A stretch of 64,000 bases of DNA from Marsupella aquatica. Taxonomy: Eukaryota; Plantae; Marchantiophyta. Shown here piece after piece: positions 23,311 through 35,682 of the stretch (positions within the stretch are counted from its first letter, which is position 1; every line of letters begins with the position of its first letter). Position numbers and translations under genes: made by a program. The stretch lies in assembly GCA_973895155.1 (NCBI GenBank), contig OZ316894.1, forward strand, positions 6,658,234 to 6,722,233. Reading direction: 5' to 3'. The notes beneath the pieces are model-generated. The model made no database searches. It was not told the DNA's origin and worked only from the letters and a program-made list of their open reading frames with translations.

Positions 23311-24444
23311 TCATAGGGGGAAAAAGGTGTCTGGGGCAGGTGAACCGGATGGGGCAACTGGAGTGTTGCGGGGCTTCTGAACAAATGGACGTTTTGAAGT
23401 AGAGATCACTGTCTCAGTCCAAGTTCTGACAGAGTCCGGGGCAGGAGGATGAGTTTGGGGTGGTGTGTAATCCTCTTGGTCTAGCAAACCCTCCAAGTGG
23501 TCGCCTGGGGCAGGCATACCTGAGGGAGGAACCCTAGTGTTGCGGGGCTTCTGAACAAAGTGGTCGCCTGGGGCTGGCATACCTGAGGGGGGAACCCGAG
23601 TGTTGCGAGGCTTCTCAACAAAGTGGTCACCTGGAGCTGGCATACCGGAGGGGGGAACCCGAGTGTTACGAGGCTTCTCAACAAATGGAAGGCTTGAACT
23701 AGAGGTCACGATCTCAGTCCAAGTTCTGGCAAAGTCCGGGGCAGAGTGTGGAGCAGGGGGATCAGTTTGGGGTGGTGGGTAGTCCTCCTGGTCTTCCAAG
23801 ACCTCCAAGTGGTCGCCTGGGGCAGGCATACCTGATGGGGGAACCCGAGTGTTGCGAGGCTTCTGGACAAACGGAAAGCTTGAACTAGAGGTCACGATCT
23901 CAGTCCAAGCTCTGGCAAAGTCCGGGGCAGAGTGTGGAGCAGGGGGATCAGTTTGGGGTGGTGGGTAGTCCTCCTGGTCTTCCAAGACCTCCAAGTGGTC
24001 GCCTGGGGCAGGCATACCTGATGCGGGAACCCGAGTATTGCGAGGCTTCTGGACAAATGGAAAGCTTGAACTAGAGCTCACGATCTCAGTCTCCGGGGCA
24101 GAGTCTGGAGCAGGAGGATGAGTTTCAGGTGGCGTGTAGTGCTCTTGGTCCATAAAGCTTTGGAAGCCGTCTGTGTGGAAGTAAGAAGTTAGCAAAAGTA
24201 AAATCAATGAATTTCAGAGTAGAAACAGGCAATCTTCCTGCGAACTTTGTTTTACCAATACAAGTAGGATATCAAGCAAGACCAATATGTCGTACGTAGA
24301 GACAGTAAATGAAAGGAATGCATGAACATTGCAGTGAAACTCACTTCTTGAGGCCACAGCAGCTGGCTGGAAGCATGCTGCCCACAAAATGATACTGAGA
24401 AGGACAAGAAAACGCAAGCGCTTGAGATGAAAAACCGTCGTCAT
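23311..24444 (-). CDS. Paralogue C: secreted precursor (~319 aa) with 4 RGF-like and 6 IDA/PIP-like modules; exons 24444-24345 and 24170-23311
   Basis: Signal-peptide exon MTTVFHLKRLRFLVLLSIILWAACFQPAAVASR; GTGAGT donor at 24344, CAG acceptor at 24171, phase-1 in-frame join. Open to the stop at 23311 despite module-sized indels. Confidence 0.8.
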
Positions 24445-24799
24445 CGTTCGTCGATATACTCTTCTGGCCTGAAAAGCACATGGCAAGAGTGAGATTCATA
24501 CAGAAGGTCTAGAATATCCGCACGAGACAACTTTAATTTCCTAAAACTACATTCTCACTTTCACCCTAATCAAAACTGCGATGGGTTGCATCCGACGAAT
24601 GATCTCAATTAGCATGCATGACCGACGCATTGTCAAAAATGTTGTCGAGAGCAAAGGGGAGCCTTACTGGTGAGTGCAAGAGCAATGAAACTGAAAGTCG
24701 GTCACTCTCCAGGCTCACGATTCCCAGGAAGAGGTCCAGCAAGGTAGGCCCGTCTGTATCTCTCCACACGCGATCTCCAACAATGGCTGAAAGCTCGAT

Positions 24800-25040
24800 C
24801 AAAACTTATATACGCAACAGCGAAGTAGTGAACAAACCCCCTCGAGCGCACAATCCAAACTTACGCAACAGCGAAGTAGTGAACTAACAACTAATGCCCC
24901 CTCGAGCGCAGCCCACAGTCCAAACTTACGCAACAGCGAAGTAGTGAACAAAGAACTAATGCCCCCTCTAGCGCACAATCCAAACTTACGCAACAGCGAA
25001 GTAGTGAACAAACAACTAATGCCTCCTCGAGCGCACAGGC
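24800..25040. repeat. ~50-60 bp tandem repeat (aaacttacgcaacagcgaagtagtgaac...ccctcgagcgca) x4 upstream of paralogue C
   Basis: Directly visible; related units at 5710-5820 and 15370-15530. Confidence 0.85.
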
Positions 25041-27274
25041 TTGTTCACTAAATAACCTGCGATTCATGTGTGCTTGCGGCACTCTGGTGGGTCCAGTTTG
25101 CTTTGTCACTATGTACAGCAAAATCACTCGAATTTTTGTTTGCTTTGTCACTATGTACAACCCAATCACTCGAATTTTTGTTTGGATAGGGACTTCAAGT
25201 TCGTGGCAAGCTGACTTGGAAATCACGGACTCCGTTTTTTGGGGGATAATTATGAGCTTCAAGTTAGTGGCAGGCTGACGTAGAAGAGCCGATCAACTGT
25301 CAATATATAGTTGGAAAGTACCTATTCCAATGCTATCATCAGGAGGTGAGGGCTGTCGCAGATATTAAATATTGTAGAGTCCCTATTCCATGCGTTGCTA
25401 TCAGAGGAGGTGAGACTTATCACGAATAAATATGGGGTGACGCAAGAACGAGAGGATGCCATAGTTGGGTGGCCCAAGGGAGGAATAGTCTGTCATGGTT
25501 AACGAGCCCTATGCCCGAGCTTTGCACAGTGCAATGAGGGCTGGCCCGTAGGGCCGGGGGGCTGAGAGGCAAGAGAGGGCAAGTGGTAATCGAATCAAAT
25601 GGATACAAAAATACTCTAAAATAAAAATACTCTAAAATATTTAACGGACAGATTTGATTCCAGCCAATTCTGTATTTCATAGAGGGACGAAAGACAAAAA
25701 AAGGCGGGATCACTTATTATAATTGTAGATGGTATAGTTCTGTTGCATTGCTGCACTTATCTAGCATATATAAAACTTTTAAATTTATAAAATCATGATT
25801 AAGTTCTTTTAAATATTTTAGAGATGAAAGTATTAGCCAAACTTGCATGTGAGTAATGCGACCATTTGCACTCAGGATACTTTTAAGGAAAAGTAGCTCT
25901 TCATTCATTGATTGCATAACCTGCTGCCCTACTTCCCTATGACAGCAAAGCCCGCAGCAAAGTTGACAACAGGTGTAGGGCTTCTTGTTTAATTTATGCT
26001 GCACCCAAAGGTTTTTCAAGGACAGGAAATTATGTTTCAGGCATTTGCCCTTGGTTGATAGTCAGTCAGCATAAGACCTGCTGTCATGTCTACCTAACAA
26101 GGGGCTTAGGGCATGGCAGCCTAAATGAATGGCATGATGACATGCATCTTTCAGTTTGAGGGCTGGAAAAGACAGGGCCAATTACATGTGAGTTGGGTCG
26201 AAGCATCTCAGTCTAATTTTGTCAGGATTGTAAAGAAAGCATAGAATTTTCTTCTCCATTTGTTTGATTTTAACCTCATTTCCAATTGATAGAGATCATT
26301 CAATTCCCCAAAAAACTTCCTTGTCTTAAGCTTTAGGGTGTTCAAATCTTCAATTGTCGGATGCCTGGGATTGACTACGCAGCACATGTGATCTACAGTA
26401 CATGCTTGGAACATACTGTCAGACCAAACAAGTAGTGTGACCACCCTTCTTGCTTTGCCTGATCGCAAAAACCGCTGCTCAGTAAAGAAAAGTCCAATTG
26501 TACAACATTCGCATTGTCAAAAATGGCCGAAATGCAAGTTTGAATGCCAGAAACAATACACTGCCTGGTTGCTCTTTGCATTGGATCAATAAAATGTTAC
26601 AAAACCATGTGCCCGTCAACCACACCAGTTAGCCCATGGTTAGTCTTAACTCAACTATGGTTAGCAAACCGTTGTTAAGGGTGAAAACTATGGAAAAGAG
26701 TGCCTAGACATTTACTTCCTGAATTTTGTTCCAACCCAAATCTATCTGCGCCTTCCCACCCTAACTTGTTTGGAGAGTAGAGCTACAAACCATACAACTC
26801 TAGTATACTCAAGTTGCAAGACAGTCTAACTCCAATTAATACCAATATTGGAGATCACATTTCATGGCATTTTTCAGCTTTGCGATAGAAAAAAGGATAT
26901 TGGTATAGCTTTTAATTTTCATTTCCCTTTTAGTTTGAGTAACTTCGTCCATCTTTGAGTGAATTCTCAAATGAGACCTGCAATATGAATATTGCAGCCA
27001 ACATCTATTAATAGTGTCACAAAGAAACTTGCAGCCAATTGAATACCAATATCTTCCCAAGCATTGAAGAGGTAAACCAAGGGTATACCAATAATGTCTT
27101 CAATGCTTGGGGAGACACGAGTATCTAGTGCCATATCTTGTATCTCTCTAACCATTAAAGAGGCGTTGCAAAGTATTCAGGAAAGTATTCCAATACTGCC
27201 ATCAGAATGGGATCATGAATGCTTTTGGAGATACTGGTATCCCCCAAGCATTGAAGAGATACTCAACATAGAAC

Positions 27275-27571
27275 CTCGGGGGTCTCACTATATGGGGACC
27301 TCCCCATCGCCTATGACGTTTTTAGGCCTCGGACCCCCTAAAATGTAAGAAAAAAAAAATATTTTTTAATCCCTATAAAGTTGGAATATTCTTGGAATAT
27401 TCTAAAAATTGGATTAAAAAGACCCTAATGTTCTTATAAGTCTCAAAATTGAATTTAAAAGACCCTATTGTTCTTCTACAAAAATTCTTAAGTCTTCCCT
27501 TAGAACCAATAAAATGACCCTATCTTTCGTCGCACGTGATATGTCATTTTTGTGGAAGTGAAACCCCTGAG
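27275..27571. mobile_element. MITE (297 bp) with 8-bp TSD, hAT-like
   Basis: TSD CATAGAAC at 27267-27274 and 27572-27579. TIRs CTCGGGGGTCTCAC and GTGAAACCCCTGAG match at 12/14. AT-rich interior; absent from the paralogous site at ~8067-8080. Confidence 0.85.
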
Positions 27572-27813
27572 CATAGAACTCTCTTGCAAGTTGGACATAG
27601 GATACATGATGAATCAAAAACCTTTAAGGTGTAAGCTGCACATTTGTCTCTTGAATCGATAGAAAAGACCAAGTTGATTATAGACAAATGAATGAGGCCC
27701 GCAGTGAGGATGACTTAGTTCTCTAGAACAGAATGGGACGTCTGTGGCTCACTGTACATAACTAGGAAGTGATCAAACTTGAAATAGAAGAGACATTCAC
27801 ACTTTATTAGCTT

Positions 27814-30800
27814 TGTTGGGGAAGAAATACATGGCGACTCATGACTCGCTCCAGCTAAACCTACCACAAAATAAGTGTCTTACAAGATATTGTGTGAACC
27901 TGTATGAATGTTGAGCATAGACGACGATCGCAACGGCAAGCCCATGAACCATCCAACGCACAATAGTCGACACAAGAGATACGTGGTTCACCTCCTTGAG
28001 GCTACGTCCACGAGAATACACAAGAGAGCTTTACTGAACTCTAAGCCCGTCAGCTATACCGAGTCTCCACAGTGTAAGCTCTCCCTATCTCTCAAGTGGC
28101 TCCATAACAATGAGCCTTGGTTCTACCTCTCCAAGCACACATGCCTCTTATGATATAGTGTGCAACTTAGTTGTACCTAACCACATAGTTGTACCTAATC
28201 ACGTAGTTGTACCTAATCACGTAGTTGTACCAACCCACGTTGTTGTACCAACCACGTCATACCTAATCTAGACGTACGAGTAAATACCCAACAATCTTCC
28301 CCTTGACTTTGGTCTAGGGGAGAGTAATACTTCCAATGTATATGATCCCTCAGCGGGAAGTTTTGGACAAAAACCAAACCGGTTTCCCTCTCTAACTAGA
28401 GCAAACCAGAACTAAGCCGTAGCCTAATACATAGGAATGAGAAAGAGCATATATCAGTAATTACAATGAATGTTAAGAAAACTCTACTTGTGATGCAATT
28501 GCAAAACCTGCAATACGTCACGGTGTCTAGAGAAACTCTCCAAAGGAATCACTTTGGTAAATGCGTCAGCCGGGTTGAGTTTACCATCAATTTTGACTAG
28601 CTCAAACAAATTATCAGACACAGCCTGCCTGATAAAATGGTACCTGACGTCAATGTGCTTTACTCTGCTGTCCATCACCTGGTTCACAGCAAGGTGGAGC
28701 GCACTTTGACTATCACAATGGAGCTTCACATTCCCCTGTGGCAATCCCATTTCAGTGATAAGTCTATCCAACCAAATCGCTTCATTTGCTGCTTCCGCAG
28801 CTGCAACATACTCCGCTTCTGTAGTAGACTGAGCAATACACTTCTGCAAAGTAGACCTCCAACTTATGCATCCACCGCCAAGTGTGAACACGTATCCTGT
28901 TGTTGATCTCCTTCGGTCCAAATCTTGTCCATAGTCAGAATCAACATAGCCAATCAATGATTTAGCATTCTTTGCATTCGCATCAAATAAAAAACCATGA
29001 TCTACGGTACCCTTCAAGTACCTAATAATCCACTTCACTACTTCCTAGTGTACCTTCCCTGGATTCGACATGTACCTGCTCACCTTGCCCATAGCCATGG
29101 CAAGATCAGGTCTAGTGCAAGTCATCAAATACATGAGACTCTCCACTGCCTTGTCATACGGAACCTTTGACATCAACCCCTTCTCTGTGTCATCCGTAGG
29201 ACAGAACGCTGATGATAACTTGAAGTGTGGAGCCAACGGGGTACTTACTGGCTTGCTATTCCCCATGTTGAACCTTGCAATTACCTTCCTCGCATAACTG
29301 CTCTGCGTCAACCATAGCTTGCCAGCCTCCAAGTCCCTAGTGATCTCCATACCCAAAATCCTCTTAGTTGGCCCTAAGTCTTTCATCTTAAACTCTGCAC
29401 TAAGCAGTGCCTTGAGCTTAACAATCTCAGACCTATCATTGGCTGCAATTAGCATATCATCCACATAAAGTACTAAAACAATGAACCCAAAGACAACATT
29501 ATTTACCGGTTTCAAATACACACAAGGGTCAAATAAACTTCTGTGAAAACCTTGTGACCGAATCCAATCGTCAAACCGCTTGTTCCACTGTCTTGGTGAC
29601 TACTTCAACCCATACAAGGATTTCAACAATCTGCAAACCAATTCCTCCTGTCCTCTCTTCACAAAACCTAGCGGTTGTCTCATGAAGATCACCTCTTCCA
29701 ATGTGCCATAGAGGAAAGCTGTGACAACATCCATCTGATCTAGCAGCAGACCAAACATTACAACAAGTACACACAATAGTCGTATTGTAGAGTACTTAGC
29801 AACTGGTGAGAAGACCTCATTGTAATCCACACCTTTCTCTTGTGTGAATCCCTTTGCTACCAACCTAGCCTTGTAGACCTTCGATCCACCTCCTATGGAA
29901 TTATCCTTCAGCTTGTAAATCCACTTGCTGTCCACCACTTGCTGACCCTTAGGCAGCTTAACAAGCTCCCAAGTTTTGTTGTCCTTTAGTGACTGCATCT
30001 CCGTTTGCATTGCTGCAGTCCACTTCTGCTTCTCCTTTGAAGCACTTGCCTCATGAAATGAAGAAGGTTCCCCTTCTTCCAAAATTAACGCATCACCCTC
30101 ATCATCAGCTGTAAAATCATCCTCTTGCAGTTGAGATGAATCAACCCACTGTCCATACCTTGGTGGAGCGCGTATAGTGCGACCAGATGTTCTTCTAGCC
30201 GATGACTCCAGTTGATCTGCGTGTGCTGGTACAATTTGAAGCTCAACGGCATCCACTTGCTGCTCACCAGCATCCACTTGCTGCTCACCAGCATCAACAA
30301 ACTCCTCTGGTTCCTCTGGCACAGGAACCAGCTCCATAATTGGAGCAACTCCTTCTCTCCGGTCATGCACCTCATAACCAATCTCCCCCTCAACGAGATC
30401 CGGGATAGGAGATTTTCCTTTGTCAGTACGGGAGACCTGAGTATTCTCCCCCTCCTTCAATAATTTGGATTCATTGAAGGAAACATCCCTACTGACAACG
30501 AGCTTACAGGCAATAGGATCCCATAGCCTATAGGCTTTCACACCACTCTGGTACCCAAGAAAAACACATTTCTTGGAGGTAGGATCCAACTTGGTCCTAT
30601 TCTGCTTCGGTGTGAGAGCATATGCATCACTTCCAAAAACTACCAAGCCATGATAGTCTGCTTGCCGCTTATAGCGCATCTCAAACGGCGTTTTGAAATT
30701 GATAGCACTAGAAGGAGAAAGATTTACCAAATAAGCTGCGGTATTGACAGCTTCTGCCCAAAATTCTTGTGGTAAACCTGATTGGCTCAACATACTCCGT

Positions 30801-33400
30801 GACCGCTCCAACAGTGTCCGATTGAGCCTCTCAGCGACACCATTCTGCTGCGGAGTATAAACTGTGGTGAGATGGCGAGTTATCCCCTGTTCTGAACAGT
30901 ACTCTTCAAATTCCATTGAAGTGTACTCCCCGCCGTTGTCTGACCTCAGACTCTTCACCCTTGTATCCAAACACTTGATCGTGTTTCCAGTCTGATTCTC
31001 CACCTGGGCCTTCCACTTCTTAAAAATGGACAAGACATCAGACTTATGCGTCATGAAATAAATCCACACAAATCTTGAGTAATCATCAATAAATGATACA
31101 TAGTACAACTTTCCAGAGTGTGAGGGAGTCGGGGATGGACCCCACACGTCACTATGTATGTACTCAAGAACCGCTTTGGAATGATGAGTTCCAACACCAA
31201 AAGCACGACGATGCTGCTTTCCAAGAATGCAATGCTCACAAAACTCTAATTTACAAGATTGCAAATCAAAAATGAGTCCATTCTTCCGTAAGATAGCCAA
31301 ACCCTTCTCACTCATGTGGCCTAGCCGTGAATGCCACAGTTGAGTCATCTCCTCGTGAGACTTGGTTACATTGGCCTCTCCACATATAGTATTGCCCTAT
31401 AACACATACAAATTCTTTTGTCTACTCCCCTTCAAAATTATTGTCTCTCCCGACCTGACTTGAAGTTCACCATCAATAACGCTCCATTGATGACCATTTG
31501 AATCCAACACACCGAGTGAAATCAGATTCTTACGCATGCCAGGTACATACTTGACTCCGGACACTGTGCGCACAGCGCCATCAAACATTTGAATCTTCAC
31601 AGACCCAATTCCCTCAATTTGACAGGAGTGATCATTTCCCATCAGAACTGAACCGTTTGAAACAGAGTAAGAACTGAAAAACTCACGAATGTAACAAATA
31701 TGAAAAGAGCAAGCACAATCAAGAATCCACACATCATCTGCTCTCCTAGCTGACGTGCACAGGGCATACCCCCGGCTTCATAAAACATACTCATCATTGA
31801 GTAAATCAGCTTCTCCATCAGCCCTAGCCACATTTGCCGATGAAGTTTCCGTTGCCTTTCCCTTACAGTCTCGCTTGAAGTGTCCAACTTGGTTGCACTT
31901 CCAACATGTCACCTGCCTCCTCTGAGGGGATTTACCCTTGGACTTAGATCTGGATTTAGATCTAAACTGGGTTCTACGGTCCCCAGTTGGTCGCTGCATA
32001 CTCCTCCCACGATTAACATTGAGGGCAGCACCAGATGATGAAGGCTGTGATGTGATGTGCATCTTCTGCTGAAGATCATCACTAAGCAGAGAACTTACCA
32101 CGTCATTGTATGAAATGGTATCCCTATCACGATGCAACAACACTCGTGATAGGGACTGGTAAGATGGAGGCAATGAACTAAGAAGCTGTAGAGCCTTCGT
32201 CTCATCATTCAAAGTCTCCCCAAGGTTTTCCAAGTCAACGACCATGTCGTTGAAAGCATCCACATGGTCTTGCAACTTTGTACCGGATTCCTTCATCCTG
32301 AAGCTCATCAATTTGTAGGAAGTGTAGAGCCGGTTCGACAACTCCTTGCGATGATACTTGCTCTGTAATTCTGCAAACAAGGACATGCAATCCTTATGTG
32401 CACCCAACTGCTTGATGATGGGAGGCATGAGATAGAGTGTAACACACCACACTCCCTGCTCCTGCATGCGGTCCCATTGTTTCTCATCAACATCGTCTTC
32501 ACGAGGGCTCAACAGTTGGCCCATCCCTGACGCATAGAGCACTCCCTTCACCTGCTTCTCCCATAGCAAGTAGTCAGAGCGCCCATCATACTTTGTCACT
32601 TCATACTTGGGTCCCCCAAGCTTGAAAGTCCCCATCTTCTTCTTTGGCACTACTGTGAGCTCTGGTAGTAGTACTGCTTCCTCCACCACACGCCGCACCG
32701 GTGATAGTATCGGTGTCACGTGCTCTTCCTCTTGCTCCTCTCTCTGCCCCTGAAACCTCCGTAGTGATCCTCGTGCTTCAAGTTCCACGTCTTCGAAAAA
32801 CTCCTCCCAATCACTCATATGAGAAAATCACAAAAAATGTTGTTTTTCACAACTTCTCAAAAAAACTCAAAACTCAACACCGCCGCGTAGCCCACAAAGC
32901 TAGGAGTCCAATACTGAAAACCGAAATCAAAATCAAAATTTGACGGAGAAGTTATTCAAATTTCGGTCGAGGTGGGTAAAACCTTGGGAAACTCCCCCGT
33001 TTTGACCACCTCAGGGAATAACCAAAATACCAAGTACAACCCGTTGTCGGAATTGCGATGTGATTGGTGCACCGCGTTGCCAACTTCAATGGCTACGACC
33101 TCGCCGAAAATTAACTAAAAAAGTTACCGTTCGGCGGATGAAATCTTTGTCGGATGGTCAAAAAATAGCTCTCTGGTTTTTTTGGAATATTCTATGACTC
33201 TTGTACAGACCCTATGGGAATTTTGGAAGAACAATCGAGGGGCTGACACGTGTCCTCGAACCCCCAAAACCCCCTACCACCCTTCGTCGTCGAAATCTGG
33301 TCGCGCGCACAGAAAATACACATAGCAGAATGTACCCCTCGACACCAAACGCAAGATATCTCACTCGGGGTTTGACGAAATCAAGATCTGATTTCAGATT
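27814..33400 (-). mobile_element. Ty1/Copia LTR retrotransposon with 3' LTR present and 5' LTR/PBS missing
   Basis: Gag-PR-INT-RT-RH order on the minus strand. PPT AAGGGGAAGAT at 28304-28294 abuts an LTR at 28293-27814 with TGTTGGG...CCCAACA ends. No second LTR copy or TGGTATCAGAGC was found upstream of gag. Confidence 0.93.
28484..32818 (-). pseudogene. Copia gag-pol polyprotein, a single frame broken by four in-frame stops
   Basis: Zn knuckle CWKCNQVGHFKRDC, protease WILDCACSFH, integrase HSDVWG/RSDNGGE/QNGVAER, RT YKARLV/LYVDDM and RNase H DSDY/TEAEY/CDSQSA. All ORF pieces share one frame; stops at 31778, 31397, 29600 and 29045. Confidence 0.95.
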
Positions 33401-35682
33401 TGGAAACTAGACTCCGAGGCGGTGTACTCAGAGTCTAGTTTCCAAGTGTACTCAAACCCCTTGGAAATGTCATTGTATTCAAACCTCGCAATCCTGTACC
33501 TTTCGAACTCGTCTGTCCCCGAACCTTTTTAATGGCCCTGTTCCCGAACATTTGAAATGCCACTGTCCCCTAACCTTTTAAATGCCACTCTCCCTGAACC
33601 TCACTGTGCTGAATCTATAGAAGGCCACTGTCCCCAAATCTGCTGAACCTGTAGAAGGCCACTGTCCCCAAATCTGTGGCAGGACAAAATATTGAACTTT
33701 TTTACTATGTTAATGACAGTATTAACTATTTTGATGGTTTAAGAGTAGAAGGGTGACATTTGGGCGCACATGCACTCATTATGGTAACCTGGATAGGTTT
33801 GCCACTACTCATTAAAGTATTGGGATCCACCAGGTATTTGTTTCAGGAACAGTGGCTGTTTAAGGGTAGAAAGGTCAAACTTTGGTGCTCATCTGCTCAG
33901 GTCCATTTGTTAAACAAAATTGTGAAACCCCTCCAAGCAAAGGGAATAGAAATGTTCAACGACTGTGTTCAACTGATCTAAGTAAAGTAAGGACTACAAG
34001 AGTCTTTCAACGACTGTGTTCAACTGATCTAAGTAAAGTAAGGGCTACAAGAGTCTTTGAACTGAGTGGAAACTAACACTGTTCAAATACATTTTCTTGA
34101 TGTTGTGTAATGTCTTGTAATACATCCTTGCCTTATTTTATGGATAGGGTCATCAAGTGAAGAGCAAATGCAAATTGTCTTTCCTTGCTAGTACTTGAAA
34201 GTTAGAAATGTTATGTTAACGGGATCAAGACCAAAAAAATGTAGGTATAGTGTTGGTTGGTTTATGCGCCCCCTCCCCCCCCTTTTGCTATGACCCTGCA
34301 TCCTTGCCTTCTCAATTCGAAAGCTAAGTGCTTGATTGATAGTTTACTTATGTCAATTGGTAAATTCACTTGATTTCAGTTGAATCAAGTCTTCACAGGG
34401 GGTGATGCACCTTTGAGGATGACAGTTTTTGGTAGTGGTCCCTTCATTTGGCAGTGGCGTGGAGGGTGGACAGACATGAGGAAGTTAGGGCAATGGACAC
34501 ATGCAAACCAAAAGTAGAGACAGTAAAATAAGGCTGAATCACCATGCAATCACAGACTGACATCTGCAAGTTGAGTTAACCCAACTCCACAGGAAACAGT
34601 GACAGTTCTCTCAAGATTGTAATTACACACATTTTAGCCAGGGGACTACTAGAACAAAAATCAATGTTGACATTGCTTAGGGGTCCAAATACGTAAGAAA
34701 AGAAAATAGTTTGAGGACCCTTGGTTATGTAAGCTTGTTTTATTCAACTATTTTGAGCCCTATTTGGAGCAATGAAGAGTTGCACATTGGAATAGATAGA
34801 TGAAAGTACATAGACTGAATGGAGAATTTCAAATGAGGTGAGTTTTAAAGGTAGTTAGGACACGCTTCGATTCATTGACAACAAATAGGAGAACATATAT
34901 TCATGCAAAATGTTTGCTTGGCACCTCTACTTCTATACAATATATGTAACATTCATGCAAAATATTCTCTTGTCAATAGTAGTTCTTGTGTCCATAGTAG
35001 TTCTTTTGTCCATTCCTAAATGTTACAGTAGTAAATGTCCATAGTTGAAGAGTTTCTGTGGTTTTCTACACTATCTTCGTAAATGTTACAGTAGTAAAAG
35101 AATTTATTGGGTTTCTCACATTAGCTTTGTAAATGTCATAGTAGTAGAAGTTTCTTCTTACCTGTGGTTATCTAAAAAATGTGTAGATTAATAAATAGAA
35201 AATTCAAATAGATTACCAGGAAATACTCATATATCAATCACAACCCATCCAAAGGTTATTTTCATTTGCCCCTAATTATTTTACTCATTTCTTTGTTCCT
35301 TTGAAAATAATGTTACTTTCTGGTTGTCCATTTTATGTTTTACAATTATGGGGTCTAATTGTTTTTCTTTGTCCTGCTTCAAACCAAATTGTCAAATTTC
35401 TCCTGCAACAATAGTAAGTTTCTCTGGTGTCATTCAATTAATCCTCTCAGGTCTGGCTAGATATCTTCTCCTGCGAGGCGCACTTAAGCAGAAGTCTAGG
35501 CTCATCGAATAAACATGATCAGATTTGAAAGGTTTAGTGGCTTCGCTCATGCTTTTTTTAATTATTACCAGCTACTACGGTAGTAGCATTACACCGAGAG
35601 TCAAATTATGCATTCTTTATCGTCACACAGCTGCACTACTGAACTTTAATGTCACTTTCTGGTTAACTGAATTTTTGTCCAG

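Noticed and set aside
25700-27260. Possible decayed transposase in the duplicated block (also 7190-8700)
   Set aside because: Only short stop-riddled frames; no catalytic motif could be assigned with confidence.
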